A stretch of 63,207 nucleotides of DNA, counting the filler, from Lenisia limosa (taxonomy: Eukaryota; Protista; Breviatea): assembly GCA_001655205.1 (NCBI GenBank). It is 14 parts of 14 records of this genome, joined end to end, with 100 filler letters (N's around TTAATTAATTAA, not from the genome) between each part and the next. Parts side by side here need not be neighbours in the genome. Positions count along the whole stretch, not along the records: positions 1 to 3,377 come from LPNZ01010685.1; positions 3,478 to 7,274 come from LPNZ01004414.1; positions 7,375 to 22,111 come from LPNZ01011696.1; 11 more parts are not named here. One strand, given 5' to 3'. The notes under the pieces are model-generated. The model was given only the letters and a program-made list of their open reading frames with translations. It made no database searches and was not told where the DNA came from. A program made the translations under genes and the position numbers. This document shows positions 1-11,939 of the stretch, one piece after another; position 1 is the stretch's first letter; the number at the start of each line of letters is the position of its first letter.

Positions 1-36
1 TCGGGGGGGGGGGGATTTCTCATTGCTATACATATA

Positions 37-100
37 CAGACTGGGAAAAGTCTTGACCGATTTGCTTTAAGATTTCCCAAGGTAAATAGGTCAAGACCTG
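37..100. mobile_element. Tc1/mariner-type MITE (family C), shortened right TIR
   Basis: TA|CAGACTGGGAAAAGTCTTGACCGATTT...AAATAGGTCAAGAC.CTG|TA. Confidence 0.7.
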
Positions 101-137
101 TACATCATATGATACAATAAAATGGGGAGTACTGACC

Positions 138-2775
138 TCATTGGACTGGTGATCTGTTTCGAAACAAGTGACACTCTAAAAAGATAAGAAAAAGAGAAAA
201 AATAACATGAGAAAAATGGTCAAGAGAATAAAGAGAAAAAATAACGTTCAAGAACATCAAGAGAAAAAATAACATTAGCGAAAATATCCATGCCAAATTA
301 GCCAAATCAACCAAACACCAACCCCTACGAAAAATAATCAAGAGCACAAAGAGAAATAATAATAGAGCTATTTCAATCAGAATATGACCCCCCCCCCTGA
401 CTCGGGTGACGGAGTTCGGACCTCCACCCGGGCCGGACTGACACTGCGATGGCCCCGCCGCCGCCTCCTGACCCCAACCACGTCGTGATCTTCGTGATCT
501 ATGTTGTTATTTTTATTAGTGATTCATTGATATCATTAATATCGTTGTTATGAATTAGTGATAAATTTTCACTTTTAATACCATAATTTTCTAAGATATT
601 AGTTATAATACTGTCTCACTACTAATACTCAAGTGTTTTTAATGTTGACATTGTCAACATTAAAAATGTAGTTTGTTCAGATATTACTAATGCAGTGCTA
701 ATATCACTACACCTGTATCTCTATGAATATTCAGATTGTTATTGTTATAGTTTTAAGTGAAAATGCAATACTAATCCGCCCAAGCTCACGTTCACTGCCA
801 TCACTTCGCGCTTGCTGCTCTCCATCATGATCACTGTTTTGATCGCTGTTTTGATCACCATGATCTGATTCTTCCACGACCACCCTGTGGCGACTGGGGC
901 GATGTGACACTCCGGTCCCGGCTCGATGGAATGTGGAGAAATCTTCTTCCTGATGAAGAGTAAAATTGGAATGTTTATGTAACAACAAAAAAGAAAAAAA
1001 AAAGCCCAAAATCAACTCTGTTGCCTAGAGAGGGGGGGGGGGNNNNNNNNNNNNNNNNNNNNNNNNNNNNNNNNNNNNNNNNNNNNNNNNNNNNNNNNNN
1101 NNNNNNNNNNNNNNNNNNAATACAATATCTTTTTGAAACGCTTGAAGTGCTTCTCCGGCGTTTCAAAATGATATTGTAAAAAACAATTGAAACACTTGTA
1201 GTGCTTCATGATTAATCATCGAAATTGTTCGACAGTTAATCGAGGATTTATCGAGAAATAAGTATTAGTACAGAAGAGAGACCCAGATACTATACTAGGA
1301 GACAACGACCTTGACTTCGACTTAGCATCTTTCTTCTGAAGGGGTTAGAGTATGTTCTTATCCAAATGGAAAGAGAATATATTATATGTACTAGAGCTTC
1401 CCTTCGTCCGATAAAGACCAGTCAAATATCGATATTTATCGAGGATAAATCGAGATATTCGGTACCGTAGGGAATCCCTATAATATGTACTTGTATACAG
1501 TGGCCGGGGTAAGTCTACACCTATTTTCCTTGGAAAATCAAAGAGCAATTCGCTCAAGACTTTTCTTGGTCACTGTAAACACATGCTTGTTTATATAATA
1601 TCTATAAAGTGGCTAGGATAGCTTTCTTAAAATAGGAAGTACAATTGGAAAAAAAGCCCGAATAAACTCTGTTGGCTGACAACAGACACGGGTTGATAAC
1701 AGCAAAACAAAAAAGCCCTGGCCAGTAGCTTCTGCAGCACCGTCCCAATTATGAAAAAATAATCTCAAGTTGAGAGATATAATCCCTGTATGATCCCTGT
1801 AGGCTTTCTTTAAAGAGCACGTAGGGAAAAAAAGATACAAGGATATCCAAAATTTAGCAGAGCTTCTCAAAGTTATTCAGCATAGCAAAGCGGTCCATTT
1901 CATCGTCACTCGCCACCTACCCTTAGATTCTTCATTGCAACAGCTAAGAAGAAGGAAGAAAGATGATGCAAATTGTGGGGGGGACGATCTTCTGAAGGGT
2001 GTTCAAGTTTCTTGTTTATTTCAGTGTTGACTGCCTTAATGGGAAATTAAACGTAATTCTAAGGCTTTAAATGTATTTTCTTTGAGGGAAGAAGCTGAAC
2101 AAATTAAATTAATATAGTTGGCGCCGACATGAACGCCAACTATATAAACAAGAATTTAATCAACCATTTGAAACATCAGATCCCAACAGAAATTATCTGA
2201 CAAACTTATATTTTATCGATTTAACCATATTCTTGGCGTGAAGGTTTCCAATGAGGACCCATATTTCGTGGGCTGATAAAGTCCACGATCGTGAGGGCCA
2301 TCCGCGACCTGTCTACGACCTTTGTTTCCGTCCAGGTGAGTAGTGCTGTTTTCCGAGGGTTTTTTCGGTTCTTCTTGTTGTTCCCCTTGAAGTCCGCCTC
2401 TTCTCTTTTCTCGAAATGATCTTCGGTTTCTCCTTATGATTCAGCCTCCTTCTTTCGTTGTATTGTTTTGAATTTGAGAATATTTTATTCTGAGGCTATT
2501 TGATTCGAAACATTCCTTTGGAAAAAGGGCAATTGTAATGATAATATTGCTCTTTGTTTCTTACTTTGCGATCAGGACCATACATTAGAGATGAGAAATA
2601 TAATAATTATTTATCTGGCCGAAGCCTTCCACATCATTGCGTTTATAAGAGATATTTGATTAATCATTTGCCTTACAAATCTGTGACAGCTTTCTGTGTG
2701 CATCCCTGCACCTGAAATCTAATAAAGTGAACATAAGCAGCTAACTCCAATACCATAATCATAGCTCTTCTACTT
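138..2775 (-). CDS. Multi-exon gene fragment, Ser/Arg- and Asp-rich low-complexity protein
   Basis: Phase-compatible minus-strand exons ~770-950 (QEEDFSTF...SDHDGEQQARSDGSERE), ~402-500 (HEDHDVVGVRRRRGHRSVSPARVEVRTPSP) and ~138-177, with GT/AG ends and a CACTAAT branch point. Exons upstream of ~1000 are less certain. Confidence 0.5.
952..1025 (-). repeat. Intron 3'-end repeat (family E), 3' half
   Basis: Reverse strand: CAACAGAGTTGATTTTGGGC...TTCCAATTTTACTCTTCATCAG| then exon. Confidence 0.75.
1392..1480. mobile_element. hAT-type MITE (family A)
   Basis: TAGAGCTTCCC...GGGAATCCCTA termini; shared ATATCGATATTTATCGAGG core; ATATGTAC on both flanks (right copy offset by 2 nt). Confidence 0.75.
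1498..1575. mobile_element. Tc1/mariner-type MITE (family C)
   Basis: TA|CAGTGGCCGGGGTAAGTC...GACTTTTCTTGGTCACTG|TA. Confidence 0.8.
1628..1746 (-). repeat. Family E repeat
   Basis: Reverse strand: GGGACGGTGCTGCAGAAGCTACTGGCCAGGG...TTATCAACCCGTG..GTCAGCCAACAGAG. Confidence 0.8.
2585..2712 (-). repeat. Intronic two-hairpin repeat (family D)
   Basis: Reverse-complement match to the 30119 copy; starts at a putative donor (cag|GTGCAGGGATGCACACAGAAAGCTG). Confidence 0.8.
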
Positions 2776-3496
2776 GCCACATTTTGTTATTCATTTCTGA
2801 TGAGTATTTATCGAAAAATTCACGGTTATTGGAATATCATCCTTATCATCACACTAAAATGCGCTACTATCGCGTAAATTCCCTTTTTCGCACGATTATC
2901 ACCTAATTTTATATTAATACAGACTCAGTGAAGAATTAAGAAATTAATTTTGAATCTTGAAGTGGGATATATTGTACGAGAACCCCATTTCTCTCGTTAA
3001 TTTCCAATTTGTCAAATAATATCCTCAAGAATGTAATTACACGAAGCTCTACTTATTACTACGTTATTTCCCTGATCAACCCCCTATCATCACGTTAAAT
3101 TTCTCCATATCACCCTAATATTACTCGTGTCATCAGTCTAAAATGACCATTTAACCACTTTAAATTCCCCTTTTCACACACTTTTCCCCTTTCCCACCTA
3201 TTATTCCTTAATTATCCCTTTATTTTTACTTTCTGTATTTTTACTCTTTTTACTCTTTTTTTACTTTCGCCTTGTTTGACCTCATATCAACCCAATTTTG
3301 ACCCAATTATCCCCGTGTAGATGGTTCACATTTAATGTGTGTTGCCGGCCAGAGGGTCCTGGTTTACGACGCGTCCGNNNNNNNNNNNNNNNNNNNNNNN
3401 NNNNNNNNNNNNNNNNNNNNNTTAATTAATTAANNNNNNNNNNNNNNNNNNNNNNNNNNNNNNNNNNNNNNNNNNNNATACACCCACCTATAGAGG

Positions 3497-5482
3497 CAAA
3501 GGGCTGGAAGACAGGAATACCTGTCGCCAACATCTTGCGGGGCTAACTGATCACACGATTACAAGGTTTGGTGCTGGAATAAAAAGTGGGGAGAGCTAAA
3601 TGGACACAGGGATGTTAAACAGCTTGGAAGCGAAGACAGTTCCTCAAATCTAGCGAAAGCAGCTGGCTGTGTTGCTGTCGTTTCAGATGAATGCAAAGGC
3701 GCTTTTTCTGTTCAATTAGCAATCACGATGATCCCGCTGATAGCGGCACAGAAGCTTGTTGCAATAGAAGAAGCTGGATTGAGGGGGCGAAATGTAGGAT
3801 GTTACCAAGATAGGGGATATATGGACTTTTCAATGTTAATTTCTCGGAGCTACGATGAAGTGTGAAGAAAGAATATAAATAGTTGAATTTAATAGTATGA
3901 ATGGATGAGCCAAACTGGGTGATAACGAGGTGAGAAATGTCATATACCAAATGCGGAAGGCTGGATTTTGAAATGCGCTGCCGGAAAATTTGAAGGAGCA
4001 AACAAAAATCCTGACACCCAAAAACCGTCAAATATATATATCTGTATAAAAACGTTTTGAAGGGTGAGAGTGTAAGCTGAGTTCTTAAACCGGAAAACAC
4101 GCTAATCAATATGAGTGACATATCTGAAAATGCAAGCCCAACAGAGATGTTCAAGGTTTGGCAATGGGTATAAAGAGCAAAGTTAACACTAAAACAGGAA
4201 ATATTACGACTGAAGCAAGAGAATTCAAAGATTGAAGAAGACCTAAGGAGAGCTAAGGTAACCCTCGTGGTGTTCTATCTTATAATACTGTTATATATTA
4301 TATATTATACTGTTTTTTGCCCAAAATATTCATTTTAGCCGTCCCTCTTGGTGAGATCCTTGTCGTAACTGTCATGTAGAAACAGTTAGACATCCAAAGC
4401 TCGTGCTCCTCTTCTACCGGCAACATTCTTCGTGAAAAACTGGGTGAACATTCAGTAAGCTGGTTTAAGGACTGTTTGGAGCCTCGAATATTTGTTGAAA
4501 GGGTATATCTTTTGGTTTATTTTCCATTTCCAAATAAAATCACTATCCTTGTGTGCTGGGGAGTCACACAGAAAGCTGTGTGCACAGAGTTGTAAGGCAA
4601 ATGATTGGGTGAATTAATGTTATTCTATAATTCAATATCTTTTATAAGCGTGNNNNNNNNNNNNNNNNNNNNNNNNNNNNNNNNNNNNTGAACTCGGAAA
4701 GATCACAACCACAATCCTCTAAACATGATTGTATGGACAGATTTGGCCTGAATGTAATTTTCAAGATCCCTTACAAGCACGACAGTCTGGATGGCTTCAC
4801 TCTAATTTATCCTCATTATTTTACCAAATAGAAAGGTGGAAGTTCCGTGGACCGTCTTCTGAGTATCATCAACAAGCACCAGAACTCCATTGACCAGAGT
4901 GTTTGCTGGAGTTAGCAAGATTTTGTGGTGTAAATCTAATCATGATATTTTGAGGTTCAGTAGGTGAAAGATATTTTGAACTTAGCTTCATATTTACTTA
5001 TTTTGTCTGTGAAGGCACGCATAAAGCTGTCAACAGAGTTTTGTATGAATCAGTGTTATTCTATAATTCAATACACAGTATATCTTATACCAGATACAAC
5101 CTTGTTTTTTCTTACTAATTGCAAGATATAGTAAGATTTACTACATAAATGACTTTGTGTTTATCAAAGGAATATGACATTTCAGGTTAAAGAAACTGGG
5201 GATTTCCTCTCCAACACACGGGCGGAGTTTGCCTCAAAGCAGGATGAAGACAGAGAAAATAGCCAGGAGCAAGAAAAGGCTGAAGAGAAGGAATCTGTCA
5301 CCAAAGACGAAGATGCCGATAATAAGGAGAAAGACGATGCTGAAGAAGACAATAAAGCCGAAGAAAACGAAGAAGTCCCTGTTGAAAGGGAGGAAGAATC
5401 TTCACCAGTAGAGCCATTAGAGCCCAATACCGATGAAAACGAGGAGCAAGCTGTGACTATTTCTGAGCCACAGACACCAAAG
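3497..5482 (+). CDS. Multi-exon uncharacterised protein with a Glu/Asp/Lys-rich segment
   Basis: Acidic exon ~5187-5482 (VKETGDFLS...EPQTPK|gtttgg) and short upstream exons (e.g. QENSKIEEDLKEAK|gtaacc). No family recognised; may continue past the gap. Confidence 0.4.
4553..4652 (+). repeat. Family D repeat (runs into gap)
   Basis: GTGCTGGGGAGTCACACAGAAAGCTGTGTGCACAGAGTTGTAAGGCAAATGATTGGGTGAATT. Confidence 0.85.
5009..5110 (+). repeat. Family D repeat, internally deleted
   Basis: GGCACGCATAAAGCTGT..CAGAGTT...CCAGATACAACCTTGTTTT. Confidence 0.7.
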
Positions 5483-5976
5483 GTTTGGCCAGTTTTGCAG
5501 ATAGATGTTATAGCTATTAATCAATACCATGTTTTAACAGTTTATGAAAGCTTATTAACTTAGGTTAAAAGTGTTGCCCCTGCACCCTCTACCCCCAGCA
5601 CTCCTTCATATAAGGATGTTGCCCCTCGTGTTTATACTCCCACTGACAGAGTATGTAGATTCNNNNNNNNNNNNNNNNNNNNNNNNNNNNNNNNNNNNNN
5701 NNNNNNNNNNNNNNNNNNNNNNNNNNNNNNNNNNNNNNNNNNNNNNNNNNNNNNNNNNNNNNNNNNNNNNNNNNNNNNNNNNNNNNNNNNNNNNNNNNNN
5801 NNNNNNNNNNNNNNNNNNNNNNNNNNNNNNNNNNNNNNNNNNNNNNNNNNNNNNNNNNNNNNNNNNNNNNNNNNNNNNNNNNNNNNNNNNNNNNNNNNNN
5901 NNNNNNNNNNNNNNNNNNNNNNNNNNNNNNNNNNNNNNNNNNNNNNNNTCGCTTTACCCCCTCCCCGTACGCTGGA

Positions 5977-6107
5977 GTGATGGGATGCGGGGCTCCAAAA
6001 GCGACCGGCCTGGGCTTTGTTTGTTTGTTATTATCAACCCTCGTGTGTTGTCAAGCCAACAGAGTTGATTTTGGGATTTTGTTTTTTAAAACAATTCCAA
6101 TTAACAG
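5977..6107 (+). repeat. Family E repeat
   Basis: GTGATGGGATGCGG...GCGACCGGCCTGGG...TTATCAACCCTCGTGTGTTG...CAACAGAGTTGATTTTGGG...TTCCAATTAACAG. Confidence 0.85.
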
Positions 6108-7374
6108 ATTATTCTGTTCGTGATAGTATATTTACGCCAAAATTCTTCAAAGAAATTTCCTTTGTCTTACGCCCCCCCCCCCCCNNNNNNNNNNNNNNNN
6201 NNNNNNNNNNNNNNNNNNNNNNNNNNNNNNNNNNNNNNNNNNNNNNNNNNNNNNNNNNNNNNNNNNNNNNNNNNNNNNNNNNCCACTTTATTAAGAAGGT
6301 CGGCGACCGGATTGCATGGAGCGAGAAATAACATAAAATTTGCAAAATTTGGGGATACGGATCCATAATTACAACTTGACTCAATGAATACATGTTATTT
6401 CATGGGGGGAGGGGTGATATCTTAGAAGCCCCCAAAATGTACAAGAAAAATGCACGGTAATTTTTCACAAGTGATTTGTCATGTTTCAAGCTAGCACGTC
6501 ATATTATCTGGGGATTCCTATGTATTGTTTCGGAATCCCATAAATTACTTCGGATTTCTACCATATTCATGCATAATATTGGTAATCCGAAAAATCCCAA
6601 GGCAATGCCGTGGTAGGGAAAAGTCTCAATTATACTCTAATGCCTTCGGTATGAACCCTCATGTGATCTTCTTTCATCATTGCGACATAAAAAGTCGGGC
6701 ATATGATCGTCTTGTGGATATATTATGGCAACAACAACTTTGTGTTTGGTTAAAGTGTATCTCCTTTTTTTTTTGATGTTGTTTTTTGCTCTGAAACAAT
6801 TTTTTTTGCTTGTGTGATTGTGGTTAAGTCAAAGAACGATGTGTAACTTGAGCCCATTATCCTCAATTACTAATTTTCCTCTCTTTAGGGAAACTGCGAA
6901 GAGGCATAGGGATGAAATTGAGAAGAAAATGGAGTCGGAAAGACGGCTAAACAGAGGCGAGTTCTGCAGCACCCCAAAGAAGCAAAAAGCGTAGATTGTA
7001 TTTCAAAATCTTATTCGACCGAAGTAGTAGAGACCTGGAGTATTTACTGTCTTGAATGTATGCTTCTTTCCTATCTGAATCAATTAGTTCAGGACTGGTT
7101 TTTTTTTTGCCAAAACATGTTAAAATAACCATTATGTGAGTATAATCTATATTATTGTGATTATGATCATCGTCACAATCCCCGTATCCCACCATCACTG
7201 CCCGAACCCAAGAATGGGTCGAAGAGGCGGCGGGCATTTACTGAAGTTTGGTCCGCCCAAACTCGGTACCACCANNNNNNNNNNNNNNNNNNNNNNNNNN
7301 NNNNNNNNNNNNNNNNNNTTAATTAATTAANNNNNNNNNNNNNNNNNNNNNNNNNNNNNNNNNNNNNNNNNNNN

Positions 7375-8163
7375 CATTTGTACCTTCTTGTTCATCATCA
7401 GATAAAATCAACTCTAAATTGTGAGCAAAAAGGGAAGTCTTAAACAAACGAAGAATATCAATGTGCTCATCAGTGGATACTCGTGTTGGTTTGCCTCTTC
7501 CTCTGCCCCTTCCTCTGCCTCTACCTCGAGTTTGAATTTTGGTGTTGTCTTCAACTAATTTGTTATAATGAGAACTGCAATCCCTACTGAGGTTCCTGAG
7601 AAGAATATCATTNNNNNNNNNNTCCTCTGCCTCTACCTCGAGTTTGAATTTTGGTGTTGTCTTGAACTAATTTGTTATAATGAGAACTGCAATCCCTACT
7701 GAGGTTCCTGAGAAGAATATCATTTTCGTCTTCTTCGTCATCATCTTCAACTACACGCCACATTAGTCATCTGCCACATTTTTGAGAGTTCACTCACANN
7801 NNNNNNNNGAACTTGAACTTGAATCAAATGACAATCCCTTGTCGATTTCGCTGCTATCACTGGCTTCTTCAACATCAATGCTCTTGTCTTTTTCAACAGT
7901 CTCATTTGTACCTTCTTGTTCATCATCAGATAAAATCAACTCTAAATTGTGAGCAAAAAGGGTAAGTCTTAAACAAACCAAGACTATCAATGTGCTCATC
8001 AGGGGATACTCGTGCTGGTTTGCCTCTTCCTCTGCCTCTTCCTCTGCCTCTACCTCGAGTTTGAATTTTGGTGTTGTCTTCAACTAATTCGTTATAATGA
8101 GAGCTGCAATCCCTACTGAGGTTCCTGAGAAGAATATCATTTTCGTCTTCTTCGACATCATCT
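7375..8163. repeat. Tandem ~240-290 bp duplication containing an exon plus a short intron
   Basis: 7375-7612, 7623-7740 (partial) and 7904-8163 are near-identical with scattered substitutions; separated by 10-N gaps. Confidence 0.7.
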
Positions 8164-8719
8164 NNNNNNNNNNCCCCACACCCACCTTCATGGTCATCAT
8201 GTTGTGCCACTCGTCCAAGTCCACGTCCTCCTCCTCTTCCTCGTCCACGGCCTCGCGTTGCCTCTAAATATTGAATGAGATTAAAGAAGCATATACAACC
8301 TTGGTTTTGCCTATTCATAACAGCCAATTAAGATAATCAAATGTCCTTACCAGTACAGTGCCTCTTCCAAGCCTTTGTCAAAGTTGTAATTGGAATATCA
8401 GGCGGTGTGGCACCTTCAACCTCTCCATCTCTGATAGGTGGAATGTACTTTGCATATTTTTTGAAGACAAACTTTTTCTGAAAATAGTTATTACAGTAAG
8501 GAATAAACGCAACACAAAATCTAGCCAACGTACTCCTGTTGATTCTGCAATGGCCTTGTCAGCCTCAATTTGTTCACATTGCCAACGAAGGTAGATCTCC
8601 TTGATCATTGGGCATATTCTGATAAAAGTCGTACTGACTGCATGTCTGGTCGAGGCGCGCTGTGTCAGGCATTGTAATGAAAACTTGAATATGTCTTCAG
8701 AATCTTGTTTTGAGGCCAA
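7375..8719 (-). CDS. Spliced gene encoding RG-repeat and acidic repeat modules
   Basis: In-frame splices STG|gtacgt..ttttcag|KKFVFKKYAK...RHCT|gtaagg..tttag|EATRGRGRG; downstream module NDILLRNLSRDCSSHYN..TRGRGRGRG occurs ~3 times. No family assigned. Confidence 0.45.
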
Positions 8720-10195
8720 AGGGACCCCAGAATCGTGTTCTCCGGGTTATTTTGCGTTTTTAAAGGTGCTACGATGTATATCTTAAAAATTGGTGATGAA
8801 AATTCCTTAAAACTTAAAAAGAGGGGGGGTGACCATAGTTCAGTTCATTTTACAATCTGTTACGACTTTTTTTTTATTGTTATTTTTAGATATCATACAT
8901 TATACATTTTATTCATTTAATTTCTTGGCTGACAAAGCAGTATTCACGCGGCCGGTCATGGCAGTACCACCCCCCATGTCTTCGCCTCCTCCCCATCTTG
9001 AACCCTCTTTCGGCAAGTTTGTTGGGGACGGTGATAACCTTTTTTTTTAATATCGATATTGTATTTATCAAGCCTTCTCTTAAGAGCAAAAAGGAACCTG
9101 TTTCATACTACTCTTTTTTTATTGTTATTGTTTTGTTGTTGTTGTTTGCTTTCCAATATGGAGGATTCATGTGACTGTTTAGGTACTACCAAGACGAATC
9201 CAATCCTCCTCCCCTCACGTTTGCAAACTTCTAGTTCGTATTTAGGTTTTTCCATGTATGATAAGTGTATTTCACATGGTGAAGGTCAACCATTATCAAT
9301 GTTAAAATTTCTAAACACAAATCCTGTGTTTTAGAACTTTATAAAATTTTAACGTTGCGCAATTAAACCTTGTCAGCCCGGAGTTGATTTGAATTTCACC
9401 ATAACAATTCGTCGTGTGGACGGCTTCAGCCAGATACCTACTTCTAGGATCGAACCCCTCTCCTTGGAACCAGAATCGAATACATAATTACGTAAAATAC
9501 CAAGAAACAAATAGAACTAATGTACAGAATAGATCTTCAGCAAGGGGGGGGGGGGGNNNNNNNNNNNNNNNNNNNNNNNNNNNNNNNNNNNNNNNNNNNN
9601 NNNNNNNNNNNNNNNNNNNNNNNNNNNNNNNNNNNNNNNNNNNNNNNNNNNNNNNNNNNNNNNNNNNNNNNNNNATCACATCGTATGGATAACTGAAATT
9701 CCATTATTTTTAAGAAGCGGGGGGAGGGGGGTTACCACAAGGAATATGATTTATCTTATCACTACGTAGATAATGATACATCCAAATGTAAAATAAACAA
9801 GATAATATTGTTTAGGACTCCGTGCATAACAAATAATTTCAAATTTTGAAGTGGAACATAAATGTAATCAATGAATTTCTTCAAAAAATTATTTGAATGG
9901 AGTCTTAATATTTTCCTCAAGAAGAAATGCCAAAAACCATCCCCACCTTCTTTCCAAACACTTTTTGTCGCAGTTTCGGGGTTCCCACCGGCGTTCCTTT
10001 GGGCGTGCGAACTGGGCGGGTTTATTACCAAATAGGAAAGAATTACTCCCAAATAAGGAAAGAAAGTGGCCATTACACATAAAACAAAAATACTAAAACA
10101 AGCAGCCCAGTACAAAGAAAATTGAGAACCCCTCCCTCTTTCTTAAAGACCAAAAGACTCCACGCCTCCCCGTACCTTCACACCNNNNNNNNNNT

Positions 10196-11500
10196 GTTCT
10201 TCAACTTGGTCGAATAGGTTCTTCATTGAAAAAACAAAATTAAGCGACCTCCCTGACATAAGGGACCATTGACTTCCCCCGGCGAGTCCCAACTCTAGAA
10301 CAGAAGACCGGCTATTAACAAGCAGACCGCAAGTGGGTCACCAGACTCAACACACGACCACATTTGTTGCAAATGGTAGGAAGATCTTGGGGTGCTGTTA
10401 TTAATGAAAATTGCCAAAACATACTGGGGAGAATGCGATCGTAGCAACACCTGATTTTACTTGAGCTCCCTTTTAAGGTCTTCGTCAGCTTCATTGTAGT
10501 TCTTATCCTCGAAGTCCCCGAGCCGCTGCTCAGCCGTGATGGCGCATCGCAAAACGACTCTCCCTGACAATCGGATACAATGGCATAGTCTATACGGCAA
10601 GCGCCGAGCGTCTCCTCCTCCTTCGTCCACTAGCACCTTCCTTGCGCACTTGTCAACTAGAATACGGATACAAATTACAAATTGGGGATTTGAAATAGCC
10701 AACCCATTTCAACAAATACGTTGATGTGGTGACAAACAGTCATCGGTAACCTTCTGTAACCAGAAATCGCATAATGTAACCTCGCTATATAAATACATTC
10801 TATGTTGAGTTTCCGCCAGATAAGAAGGAAGGAAGAAATATTCAACGTGCCCGGAATGTGGCAGGATATATGTAAGTATCTGCATCTATACAATACATAC
10901 ATATGCATATCATATGTATAAACATAGCAAATCGGGCAAGACTTATCCCGGTCACTGTATATACCTCCTAGCTTTGCTTCGCTGTGGCGCCTTACAAAAC
11001 AGGCTAATTTTGCAAAATATCAAGAAAAAACAGTACCATGTGGAGCTACCTATGTAATTGTTTCATTGTGTTTTTTTAATTGATTTCGTAATTTGCGGTT
11101 TCTCTATATGTCAGATATGTGTCCTTTATTCATTCCAAGACCGCGATATGCTTCCTCCTCTATCCCGTCAGCCGTAGCAATGTCCGCTATCCGCCTCCTT
11201 TCGCCCTCTCTGCCTCCCAAGTATTTCTGTCAACTTCTCACCCACTTGCCAAATGCAGCGCATTGCCCCAATTTGGAAGTTGCCATAAGAGGCCTTGTTA
11301 AGAGCTTTGATGCTGAAAGTTGTGAAGTATGTTGGTTTTGCTCATTCAAATGATAACCAATATTTCCCCTTCCATCACTATTATAGGAGCTCCTGGAAAG
11401 CCTAATATCTTTGATCAGAAGTTCAAGTGGTACTTTATCAGTCGAAAATTGTGTATCTACCGTTATGGTACTGGAGTGCTTTGATCGGGAACTTCTCAAA
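10196..11500 (-). CDS. Putative multi-exon gene, unassigned
   Basis: Coding-like exon ~10457-10660 (VDKCARKVLVDE...ADEDLKRELK|gtaaaa) and smaller GT/AG-bounded open segments. Confidence 0.3.
10922..10957. mobile_element. Family C MITE, right half
   Basis: CATAGCAAATCGGGCAAGACTTATCCCGGTCACTG|TA. Confidence 0.65.
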
Positions 11501-11939
11501 ACCCTCGTTCAGGCTCTTCACTTGGTGGGGTGGGTGTTAACAGGAGAGGAGGGTGGGTGTTAACAGTACACTTTGAAAAGGAGAAAAGCGGGTATGACAA
11601 TCTACAACTTATAAATAAAACTTTTGCGTAGTGGCTAATACTCCAATTAGATTTCACTCATCCACCTCTAGGCAGTTGATCGTTCAATGCAGTCCTCATA
11701 CTCAAAAACGTCTGTCCCCGCGGCCTTGTTCACAGTTGCGGCTCTCACTCAGATCGGAGCGGTTACAAGTGGGGGGGTGGGTAGTAAAGCTCTACTTTAG
11801 AGATCATGGGACACGGTGGGCACATTCCAGGTTTTCAATGTATATTCTCCTTTTTGATATGATGGCGTTGACAGCACTTACAAGAGCTCTCTTTGTATCA
11901 CACCAATTGAAACCATAAGTTGTGTCATTCATTCCTTAG

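Noticed and set aside
3422-3433. TTAATTAATTAA repeated 13 times, resembling a dispersed regulatory motif or repeat array
   Set aside because: Always embedded in exactly 44 N on each side and cuts genes mid-exon; it is an assembly concatenation linker.
4553-4600. U6 snRNA or group II intron domain V resemblance of family D (GTGCT start, ACAGAG, GAAA-like loop)
   Set aside because: Matches are 5-6 nt and out of order; no AGC triad or U6 internal stem-loop context.
4596-4640. SECIS-like ATGA stem within family D
   Set aside because: The 3' GA of the quartet is missing, the copies are intronic rather than in 3' UTRs, and no in-frame TGA selenoprotein is nearby.
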